A stretch of DNA of 64,000 bases, taken from NCBI GenBank assembly GCA_041741375.1, contig JBGSKF010000116.1, positions 6,784-70,783 of the forward strand. The letters run 5' to 3'. The notes under the pieces were generated by a model that had not been told where the DNA came from, made no database searches, and worked only from the letters and a program-made list of their open reading frames with translations. The DNA comes from Gemmatimonadales bacterium (GTDB lineage: Bacteria; Gemmatimonadota; Gemmatimonadetes; Gemmatimonadales; GWC2-71-9). A program made the translations under genes and the position numbers. Shown here piece after piece: positions 20,591 through 28,082 of the stretch (positions are counted from its first letter, which is position 1; each line of letters begins with the position of its first letter).

Positions 20591-22132
20591 TTACTTCGTA
20601 CCCTGGGCTGCCGCCACTGGTTGCCGTGCCTGGACCGCCGCCAGCGAGGCGTCGATCAACTGCAGCACCTGAGCCGGAGGTGCCGGCAGGTTGTAGAACG
20701 TCCTCACTTCATTGATGCTCGCACTGACCAGGGCCCGGAGCAGGAAGGGATTGTGAACCCCCTTCGAGTTGTCCGAGTTGCTCTGGTTCCGCTCTCCGCC
20801 GAGCCGGGCGTTGAACTCCGCGCCCCTGGCGGGGGTGATCGAGGTGGAGGTGAACTCACCGGGGAGCATCGCCTTCACGGTGGGGAGCATCCCCTGGTCG
20901 GTGGGCGCGGCGTCAATCGATCCGTTCTTGTTGACGTCGATCCAGAGCGTCCCCACCAGGGTCTCCATCTCGGCGCGGATCTGCGTGAAGCGCTGCGCCG
21001 CGATGGCCTCCGAGGCGTGGCATCCCGAGGCGGTGCAGGTCTTGAACGAGCGCGCGGCTTCCGTGAACGCGCAGGTCTTGTCCCCGGTCGGCTTGCCCTG
21101 GGCGTCGAGGCAGGGTACGGGACGGAAGAGGTGGCCGGTGGCCTGGAACAGGAACCCACCGGTGGCAGGATCGGTGACTTCAAACCGGCCGACATGGCAG
21201 CCGGCACAGAGCTTGGGGTTCCGGTCCGAGCCATGGGAGGTCAGGATCGCAGTGGAATCGAACAGGAAGTTCTGCGGCCGGTATCCGGCCGTGCCGAGGA
21301 GGACGGCGCCCTGCGGGGCATGGGGCGAACTGCTGCCGGACTGCGTGTCGGCGCGCCGCAGGTGGCACTTCATGCAGAGATTCACCTCGGGGTCCGGGGA
21401 ATCAATGGGGAATCGGAGTTGCTTCGAGTTGGGCGACCCGTGGGGGTCGTGGCAGACCGTGCAGGTGACCGGGAAGAAGCCCGCGTCACCCTTTTCCACA
21501 TAATTCGCCTGCTCACCCCACGCCACCAAGGTTGCCTTCCCGTTGTGACAGGACTCACAATCGGCCCTCCCTGCGGCAAACGTCACGACGCCGGCATGTC
21601 CCGACTGGGCCCACTCCTCGGCGAAGGGATGGTGAGCACCGCTGTGGCACTCGGCGCAGGACAGTGAGGCGCCTGCCCCGATGCTCGCGCGTGCCAAGGG
21701 GACGTTGGACCTGTTGTCGGGCTCGACCACGTGGTTGAGCCCGGGGCCGTGGCAGCTTTCGCACTGCACGTCATGGTAGACCGAGTCCTGAACCGCGTCC
21801 CACCCGGCAGGACCGGACACGTCGTTCCCCTTGGCGGTCACGGTATGGCAGCTGAAGCAGAAGGGTTGCGCATTCGACCCGAGGTCGGCCAGCGTCTGAA
21901 AGGCGTTGGCGTGTCGGGTCTGCTTCCAGTCCCGCTGGGTCCCGACGTGACAGTTGCCGCAGGTGGTGGTCCGGGTCCCCACATTGAAGTAGCCGAGGAA
22001 GCCCAACGCCGCGTCCTGGGGTGGGTTGAAGGGTTCCCGGTCGCGGAATACGATCTCGGTATCCGTGCAGGAGATCGCGAACGTGAGGAGGGGGAGGAGC
22101 GAGAGGAGTCGGAGGATCCGTGAGCGCAGCAT
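20591..22132 (-). CDS. Multihaem c-type cytochrome, probable lipoprotein (8 CxxCH + 1 CxxxxCH)
   Basis: GGGAG lies 6 nt upstream of the ATG. N-terminus MLRSRILRLLSLLPLLTFAISC. Haem motifs CGNCH, CFSCH, CESCH (CHGPGLNH), CAECH, CESCH, CTVCH, CMKCH, CAGCH and CTASGCH. Confidence 0.85.
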   Translation of the reverse strand: MLRSRILRLLSLLPLLTFAISCTDTEIVFRDREPFNPPQDAALGFLGYFNVGTRTTTCGNCHVGTQRDWKQTRHANAFQTLADLGSNAQPFCFSCHTVTAKGNDVSGPAGWDAVQDSVYHDVQCESCHGPGLNHVVEPDNRSNVPLARASIGAGASLSCAECHSGAHHPFAEEWAQSGHAGVVTFAAGRADCESCHNGKATLVAWGEQANYVEKGDAGFFPVTCTVCHDPHGSPNSKQLRFPIDSPDPEVNLCMKCHLRRADTQSGSSSPHAPQGAVLLGTAGYRPQNFLFDSTAILTSHGSDRNPKLCAGCHVGRFEVTDPATGGFLFQATGHLFRPVPCLDAQGKPTGDKTCAFTEAARSFKTCTASGCHASEAIAAQRFTQIRAEMETLVGTLWIDVNKNGSIDAAPTDQGMLPTVKAMLPGEFTSTSITPARGAEFNARLGGERNQSNSDNSKGVHNPFLLRALVSASINEVRTFYNLPAPPAQVLQLIDASLAAVQARQPVAAAQGTK

Positions 22133-22194
22133 CGGGAGCTCCCTGCAACGTACGGTGGTGAGTCCAGAGTGACCGTCTCGCGGCTCTTCGGCCG

Positions 22195-22213
22195 CTACGG
22201 TAGTACTACGGTA
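22195..22213. promoter_or_regulatory. Candidate operator: 8-mer direct repeat with embedded 10-bp palindrome in a divergent promoter gap
   Basis: CTACGGTA at 22195-22202 and again at 22206-22213 (11-bp register). The perfect palindrome GTAGTACTAC lies at 22200-22209. It sits in the lowest-GC part of the 257-bp gap between the cytochrome operon and 22390-23181. Confidence 0.25.
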
Positions 22214-22389
22214 AAATCCTTCTTGAAGACGAGCAAGGGGGTTTGTCTAACATGAAGGAGGTTTCACTCTCGTCTCATACTGGCCTTGTCTTGGCGTGGC
22301 TGATTACGGTGGGTACATTGGAGCCAAATGAGGGCACGACGGGAAGTTCCGGATTCGTGCCCCCGACTTCGTGAAGGAGCGCCGGTACC

Positions 22390-23181
22390 ATGAAGGACCC
22401 AGGTCGTTTCTGCCCCTCGTGCGGCGCTGCTGCGCCGGGCGCGTTCTGCACCTCCTGCGGAACCTCGGTGGGGACCAGGCCCTGTTCACAGTGCGGCGCG
22501 CCGGTGGTTCCGGGCGACCGGTTCTGCGGTTCCTGCGGGGGAGCAATGGCCCCCGGGGGTGGACGGCCCCCCCGGACCGAGGGGACCGCTCCCCGCAGGC
22601 CGTCGGCCATTCCCCTTCCCTGGATCGTGGCGGGGGTGGCGGGATTCGTCACCCTTGTCCTCCTCCTCGTGCTGCTGCGTCGTCCCGCCATGCCTCCCGC
22701 GGCGGCGTCGCTTGGAACTGCGGCCGTATCGGGAGGAGCGCCACCCGACCTCTCGACCATGACCCCCCTGGAGCAGTTTGACCGGCTCTTCGACCGGGTG
22801 ATGCGGGCATCGGAGCAGGGGGATACGACCACGGTGGCCTCCTTCATGCCGATGGCACTCCAGGCCTACCAGCAACTGGGCACGGCCGACGCCGATGCAC
22901 GCTACCATGCCGGGCTGCTCCAACTCCGGGCAGGGAACGAGGCGGGGGCACTGGCTCTGGCCGACACGATCCTGGCGAGTGCTCCCAACCACCTTTTCGC
23001 GCTCGCTCTCCGGGTCGCGGTGGAGGATGGCCGCGGAGGCGCCGGGGCCCCCTCCGCCCTGGCGGCTTTCGCGGAGGCCTACACCAGGGAGATGGTCTCG
23101 CCGAAGCCGGAGTACGCCGGTCACCAGACCTTGCTGGACGAGATGAAGGACCGAGCCGCCAGCCTGCCGAAGGGCCGGTGA
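22390..23181 (+). CDS. Zinc-ribbon / single-TM / helical-domain protein (paralog of 14851-15645)
   Basis: GAAGGAG RBS. Zinc ribbons FCPSCG..FCTSCG and CSQCG..FCGSCG. TM helix PWIVAGVAGFVTLVLLLVLL. The helical domain is near-identical in parts to the paralog (PPDLSTMTPLEQFDRLFDRVM...DADARYH). Confidence 0.7.
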   Translation: MKDPGRFCPSCGAAAPGAFCTSCGTSVGTRPCSQCGAPVVPGDRFCGSCGGAMAPGGGRPPRTEGTAPRRPSAIPLPWIVAGVAGFVTLVLLLVLLRRPAMPPAAASLGTAAVSGGAPPDLSTMTPLEQFDRLFDRVMRASEQGDTTTVASFMPMALQAYQQLGTADADARYHAGLLQLRAGNEAGALALADTILASAPNHLFALALRVAVEDGRGGAGAPSALAAFAEAYTREMVSPKPEYAGHQTLLDEMKDRAASLPKGR

Positions 23182-23207
23182 CACGGGTTCACGGCATGCG
23201 CTATAAT
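23178..23207 (+). promoter_or_regulatory. Candidate sigma-70-type promoter for the ccm operon
   Basis: GTGACA (23178-23183), an 18-nt spacer, then a perfect TATAAT (23202-23207). This is about 60 nt upstream of the ccmE ATG, which has GGAGG 5 nt upstream. Sequence match only. Confidence 0.35.
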
Positions 23208-23269
23208 GCAGTACACAGGATCCCCGGCTGGCTGTCGCCGGTGGACGACCGATCTGACCGGAGGACATC

Positions 23270-23689
23270 ATGAAGGCTGGGCACAAGTTCTTTCTCGGGG
23301 CCACCGTCATCGTCGTGGGTGTGGGGCTTCTGATCACCGAAGGGGTCCGCTCCACCGGGGTGTACTTCTTCACGCCCACAGAGCTGGTGGCCCGGACGAC
23401 TCAGGATCCCTCCTTCCACGATGTCGGGCTGAAGGTGGGGGCCAAGGTGGTTCCCGGAACGATCCGGCGGGACGACGAGACGATGCAGATCGACTTCGAG
23501 ATGAGCGACGGGGTCACCGGGGTGCCGGTGCGGTATCGCGGTCTCGTCCCCGACACCTTCACCGATGCCAATGACATCGAGGTCATCGTGGAGGGGAAGC
23601 TTGGCCGCGATGGCATCTTCCACGCCACCGAGGTCCTGGCCAAGTGCGGATCGCGGTATGAGTCGGAACTGGCCGAGGCGAAGGCCTGA
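23270..23689 (+). CDS. ccmE: Cytochrome c maturation haem chaperone CcmE, Cys-type variant
   Basis: N-terminal TM anchor and an OB-fold-like body (GLKVGAKVVPGTI...DIEVIVEGKL...IFHATEVLAKCGSRY). The haem-binding position reads CGSRY, where E. coli has HDENY. Confidence 0.85.
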   Translation: MKAGHKFFLGATVIVVGVGLLITEGVRSTGVYFFTPTELVARTTQDPSFHDVGLKVGAKVVPGTIRRDDETMQIDFEMSDGVTGVPVRYRGLVPDTFTDANDIEVIVEGKLGRDGIFHATEVLAKCGSRYESELAEAKA

Positions 23690-23692
23690 TCC

Positions 23693-25726
23693 ATGACTCT
23701 GCTCGGAGAGTTCGCCCTCTGGATGGCGCTGCTGGCTGGCCTCTGGGGGGCGGTGATCGGGTTTTCCGGAGCGTGGCGCCGCCGTCCCGAACTCGGGACC
23801 ACGACGATCCGCTCCGCCTACGCGGTGTGCGCTGCGATGATCGTGGCCTCGATCGCCCTCTGGAAGGGGATCCTGACCCACGACTTCAACATCGAGTACG
23901 TGGCGAGCTACACCTCCCGGAATCTTCCGGACTCCTATCTCATCACGGCGTTCTGGGCGGGCCAGAAGGGGAGCCTCCTCTTCTGGGGCACGGTGCTGGG
24001 CATCTTTGGTGCCTTGGCCCAGGCGCTCACCTCCCGGCGGTATCGGGACCTGATGCCCACGGTCGCCGCCGTGACCGGAACGGTCGTGGTCTTCTTCGTG
24101 GCCACCATGCTCTTCTCGGCCAACCCGTTCGAGCGTCTCTCCTTCACGCCGGCCGATGGGAACGGTCTCAATCCCCAGCTCCAGAATCCCGGCATGGTGA
24201 TCCATCCCCCGATGCTCTATCTGGGGTACATCAGCATCACCATCCCGTTCGCCTTCGCCATCGCCGCGCTGCTGTCCCGGCGCCTCGACAGCGGGTGGAT
24301 CATCGCGATCCGCAAGTGGACCCTCCTCTCCTGGTTCTTCCTGTCGATCGGGATCACCCTCGGAATGTGGTGGGCGTACGTGGAACTCGGGTGGGGAGGA
24401 TACTGGGCCTGGGACCCCGTGGAGAACGCGAGCCTGCTTCCGTGGCTCACCATGACGGCCTTCCTCCACTCCGTCATGATCCAGGAAAAGCGGGGGATGC
24501 TGAAGCGATGGAATCTCGGGCTCATCATCGCCACGTTCATGCTGAGCATCTTCGGGACTTTCATCACCCGGTCCGGCGTGATCGCCAGCGTCCACAGCTT
24601 TGCCCAGTCGAATGTGGGGTACTTCTTCCTCTTCTTCCTGGTGCTGATCGGTGTGGTCTCCTTCACGCTGCTCTACACCCGCTGGCCCGATCTCGAGCCG
24701 GAGGCAAAACTCGAGTCCGTCGCCAGCCGGGAGGCCGCCTTCCTCTTCAACAACCTGGTGCTGGTCGGGATCGCCTTCTCGGTGCTGTGGGGGACGCTCT
24801 TTCCCATCCTCTCCGAAGCGGTCCGCGGAGTCAAGATCACGGTGGGGCCCCCCTTCTTCAACCGGGTCAATGTTCCCCTCGGCATTCTGCTCCTCGCGCT
24901 CACCGGCATCGGTCCGCTGATCGCCTGGCGGAAGAGTTCCCTCGCCAACCTCAAGCGCCAGTTCATCTGGCCGGTGGCGACCGGCGTGGCGACGGCGACC
25001 ACTCTTCTCGTTCTGGGCATGCGGGATGGCATGGCTCTCCTGGCGCTCGGTCTGGTCGGGTTCGTGGCGGGGACGATCTGGCAGGAGTTCCATCGGGGCG
25101 TGCGGGCCCGCATGCGGATGCACGGGGAGGCGATCCCGATGGCTCTGGTCTATCTGGTGGGTCGGAACCGGCGGCGCTACGGGGGATACATCGTGCACGC
25201 CGGCATTCTCATCTACTTCGCCGCGTTCGCCGGCTCGGCCTTCAAGGTGACCCGGGAGGCGACACTGGCCCCGGGTGAAACCGCCGAGATCCGGAGCCCC
25301 TTTGGTCACGTGTACCGACTGACGCATCTGGGAGTGTCCCAGTATCAGGCGTTGAACCGGTTCGTCTCGGCGGCCACCCTGCAGGTGGAGATCGATGGCC
25401 GACCCGCCGGCGTGATCTCCTCCGAGAAGCGCCAGCATGTCGACAGCTTCGGCCGGAAGACCTTCGAGCCCTCCACCGAGGTGGGCATCCGGAGCAGCCT
25501 GCGGGAGGATCTCTATGTGGTCTACGCCGGATCGATCGGGGGCACCGAACGCGCCAATTTCGCGATCAGCGTGAACCCCCTCATCTGGTGGCTCTGGTTC
25601 GGGGGCGGGGTGCTCGTGGTCGGGGGACTCATCACCATGTGGCCCGGTGGGGGACGCACCGCCACCCGGACCATCCGGGAACCGGTGCGGATCCCGCAGC
25701 CGGCCGAGGAGGCGGTACCCGCATGA
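23693..25726 (+). CDS. ccmF: Cytochrome c-type biogenesis protein CcmF (haem lyase component)
   Basis: 677-aa polytopic protein with the W-rich motif WGGYWAWDPVENASLLPWL and conserved His-containing loops. It lies immediately after ccmE. Confidence 0.9.
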   Translation: MTLLGEFALWMALLAGLWGAVIGFSGAWRRRPELGTTTIRSAYAVCAAMIVASIALWKGILTHDFNIEYVASYTSRNLPDSYLITAFWAGQKGSLLFWGTVLGIFGALAQALTSRRYRDLMPTVAAVTGTVVVFFVATMLFSANPFERLSFTPADGNGLNPQLQNPGMVIHPPMLYLGYISITIPFAFAIAALLSRRLDSGWIIAIRKWTLLSWFFLSIGITLGMWWAYVELGWGGYWAWDPVENASLLPWLTMTAFLHSVMIQEKRGMLKRWNLGLIIATFMLSIFGTFITRSGVIASVHSFAQSNVGYFFLFFLVLIGVVSFTLLYTRWPDLEPEAKLESVASREAAFLFNNLVLVGIAFSVLWGTLFPILSEAVRGVKITVGPPFFNRVNVPLGILLLALTGIGPLIAWRKSSLANLKRQFIWPVATGVATATTLLVLGMRDGMALLALGLVGFVAGTIWQEFHRGVRARMRMHGEAIPMALVYLVGRNRRRYGGYIVHAGILIYFAAFAGSAFKVTREATLAPGETAEIRSPFGHVYRLTHLGVSQYQALNRFVSAATLQVEIDGRPAGVISSEKRQHVDSFGRKTFEPSTEVGIRSSLREDLYVVYAGSIGGTERANFAISVNPLIWWLWFGGGVLVVGGLITMWPGGGRTATRTIREPVRIPQPAEEAVPA

Positions 25727-26298
25727 TTTCACGACGGACATTTCTGACCGTGGCCGGGAGCGCCGTGCTCGCCCGGACCGTGGCCCAGGCCCAGGAGCCG
25801 TCCGAGGCCCCGGCCGACCGGCTGCAGTTCCAGGGCATCGTGCAGCCCCGCGCAGTGGTGACTGCGGCCGACAACGACCGGGTTATCCAGGCGCTGGAGC
25901 GGCGTCTCAAATGCACCTGCGGGTGCAATCTGGATGTCTTCACCTGTCGCACCACTGACTTCACCTGCACCACCTCCCCGGCGATGCACCGGGAAGTCAT
26001 GACGCTGTACGATGCGGGGAAGACGCCGGAGGAGATCATCGCCGTGTTCGTCGAGGAGAACGGGGAGTCGATCCTGATGGCACCCCCGCCCCAGGGGTTC
26101 AACCTGGCCGGGTACCTGGTTCCGGGATTGGCCATCGCGGCGGCAGGCACGCTCCTGGCGGCGATACTGGTGCGTCGCCAGCGGTTGGAGCCCGCTCCGG
26201 TCGTGGGGCAGGGGGCCCGCACCGCTCCTTCGGTTCCGGGTGCCTCGGCGGACGAACTGGCGGCGCTCGATCGAGCCCTTTCCGATGTGGCGGACTGA
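25723..26298 (+). CDS. ccmH: CcmH/NrfF-family cytochrome c biogenesis protein with a non-canonical Cys motif
   Basis: ATGA overlap with ccmF. Tat/Sec-like signal MISRRTFLTVAGSAVLARTVAQA. CcmH body MHREVMTLYDAGKTPEEIIAVFVEENGESILMAPP followed by a TM helix. The Cys motif reads LKCTCGCNLDVFTC instead of LRCxxCQ. Confidence 0.75.
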   Translation: MISRRTFLTVAGSAVLARTVAQAQEPSEAPADRLQFQGIVQPRAVVTAADNDRVIQALERRLKCTCGCNLDVFTCRTTDFTCTTSPAMHREVMTLYDAGKTPEEIIAVFVEENGESILMAPPPQGFNLAGYLVPGLAIAAAGTLLAAILVRRQRLEPAPVVGQGARTAPSVPGASADELAALDRALSDVAD

Positions 26299-26301
26299 TC
26301 C

Positions 26302-26865
26302 ATGCTCGCCGAGGCCCTCGCGTCCGTCCTGGTGGCCCTCGCCATTCTCTGGCTTCTGTTCGCTCCGCTCCTGGGGGCGGCGTCCCCGGAACCGGCGTGG
26401 GAGGAGCCCGAGGACCCCGATGAGACACCTCGAGGGGTCGCGTTGATCGCCCTCAAGGATCTCGAACTCGATCGCGCCACCGGGAAACTCTCGGATGAGG
26501 ACTACGTGATGTTGAAGGGTCGGTACGCCGCGGAGGCTATCACGGCGCTCCGCGAGGAGGAGGCCCGCCCGGCCGCACGCAGGGGCGGAGTGGTGGATGT
26601 GGAGGCGCTGGTCGTCGGCCGGCGCCGTGCGGTGGCGAATGCGGAGGGGGGGGCACAGGGGAAGGCACTCTCATGCCCCCGCTGTGGTCCGCGCCCCGAG
26701 CCCGATGCACGGTGCTGTTCCGGTTGCGGGGCGACCCTGGTGATCGAGGGTGATTGCGGAATGTGCGGCGCCGTGGTGGAGGCGGCCCAACGGTTCTGCG
26801 GGTCCTGTGGGCGTACTCTCGCCACGCGGGGTGAGGAATCCGAGCCGGTCGCCGCCCACGCCTGA
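26302..26865 (+). CDS. CcmI-N-terminal-like membrane protein fused to a C-terminal double zinc ribbon
   Basis: TM helix (LASVLVALAILWLLFAPLL). The segment ALKDLELDRATGKLSDEDY resembles the CcmI/CycH N-terminal module. C-terminus CPRCG...CCSGCG...CGMCG...FCGSCG. Confidence 0.55.
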   Translation: MLAEALASVLVALAILWLLFAPLLGAASPEPAWEEPEDPDETPRGVALIALKDLELDRATGKLSDEDYVMLKGRYAAEAITALREEEARPAARRGGVVDVEALVVGRRRAVANAEGGAQGKALSCPRCGPRPEPDARCCSGCGATLVIEGDCGMCGAVVEAAQRFCGSCGRTLATRGEESEPVAAHA

Positions 26866-26870
26866 GGGAC

Positions 26871-26909
26871 GTGCGAAGTGTGAAGTGTGAAGTCTGACGT
26901 TTGAAGTTT
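26871..26909 (+). repeat. Heptad array (GTGAAGT-type) just after the stop of 26302-26865
   Basis: gcgaagt gtgaagt gtgaagt ctgacgt ttgaagt. TGA recurs with 7-nt spacing. Confidence 0.8.
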
Positions 26910-27377
26910 CCTCCGCCGACAGAGCCGGAACCCAACTGGGTGTCTTCAGGCTTGGCATGGGTTCATTTTCAGCTGGAGCGCCTCTCCTACTCCCCGACAG
27001 CCAGCCACAAGAAGCACAAAAGGCACAAGACCACCACCCCGAGCGCCCATGCCCACCGCGCCCCCGGACGCAGACCGCAGGTGACACAGATGACCCAGAG
27101 GAGTCCTCCCCAGACCGGTCCCGCGTCGAGTCGGCGGGGGGGGGGGAGGCTCGGTGTCATCTGCGTCATCGGAGGGTTCCGCCCCTTTCGCGACGGCGAG
27201 ACCCCCTCCGGGTGTCGCCAGAGGCCCCGTTCGGCCACGGCGCTCCGCGACTCGAAAACACCAGATACCTCAAAGTTGGATGCCTTCCCAAACGCCGTCA
27301 CACACGCTGCCCGTAAGGGTTTCCGGGCGTCGCCCAAAATATTGGTGCTTTTTGTGTTCAAACTTGTCCGTAAGAGA

Positions 27378-28082
27378 CTACCATGTCATGGACCCTGTCA
27401 TGGGTTGGTACCTCTCCAGCCCGTCCCGCAGCAACCGGTAACCCACCAGGGCCACCCCCGTGCTCACGAGAACAAGCCCCGTTTCGACCAGAATCGCCGC
27501 TTCCGGGCGGGAAAGGAACTCTGCGACGCGGGTCTGGTGCGGAAGGAAGGGGGTGACCAGGGGGTCGAGAACAAACAGGAGCCCGAGAAAGACCAGGAAG
27601 GGAATGGCACTGATCTGATCGAGCCGGAACCGCACCAGAAGGGAGGAGAGCAGGATGGAGAGGGCCGTCATGGCACTCCACGACACGACCGCCACTCCCA
27701 CCAACCCGGGCCGGGTGAGTCCCGGCGGGAAGAGAGCCGGGGTAGCAAGGGACCAGGCCACGACGGGGAAGAGCGCCCCGGGGACCATGACGATGCCGGT
27801 GGCGATGCACCGGGCCAAGGCAAGTGTGGAGCGGTCCACAGGCAGGGCCAGGAGGAAGGACATGCTGCCGTCGAGCTTGTCCCGCAGTTGGTTCGGAGGG
27901 AGCAACAGGACGAACGCCAGGCCCATTCCCATCAGGATGATGACCGCGATCTCGCCGGTGGCGCGACCGGTGAGGGCCAGCACGCCGAAGATCACGGCCA
28001 GCATGAGCACGCTGCGCCCGAGTTGGGGGCGCACTCTCCGGAGATCAAGCAGGGTCAGTCGGCGCAATGGGGACGATGTCAT
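27378..28082 (-). CDS. ABC-2-type transporter permease-like membrane protein
   Basis: 234 aa with about 6 hydrophobic helices, downstream of an ABC ATPase. The ATG at 28082 overlaps the ATPase 3' end by 38 nt; an alternative start at 28004 (MLAVIFG) would avoid the overlap. Confidence 0.6.
   Translation of the reverse strand: MTSSPLRRLTLLDLRRVRPQLGRSVLMLAVIFGVLALTGRATGEIAVIILMGMGLAFVLLLPPNQLRDKLDGSMSFLLALPVDRSTLALARCIATGIVMVPGALFPVVAWSLATPALFPPGLTRPGLVGVAVVSWSAMTALSILLSSLLVRFRLDQISAIPFLVFLGLLFVLDPLVTPFLPHQTRVAEFLSRPEAAILVETGLVLVSTGVALVGYRLLRDGLERYQPMTGSMTW

Noticed and set aside
18443-21667. 1074-aa plus-strand ORF spanning the cytochrome operon. Similar long antisense ORFs exist at 63-1679(-), 3264-5723(-), 7592-9538(+), 23201-25741(-), 36216-39359(-), 49594-52797(-), 53851-55803(-) and 59635-62238(-).
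   Set aside because: These are shadow ORFs typical of high-GC DNA. Each lies antisense to a gene with strong family signatures (gyrB, uvrA, ccmF, kinase, DPP-IV, cytochromes). Their translations are Arg/Gly/Pro/Ala-rich low-complexity sequence with no motifs.
26987-27170. Possible 60-aa two-TM protein on the minus strand (MTQMTPSLPPPRRLDAGPVWGGLLWVICVTCGLRPGARWAWALGVVVLCLLCFLWLAVGE) in the 512-bp gap after the ccm cluster.
   Set aside because: It has no Shine-Dalgarno sequence (the upstream sequence on that strand is CCTCC) and no recognisable family. The longer track ORF (26987-27361) starts at a TTG in low-complexity DNA. It is kept as unproven rather than annotated.
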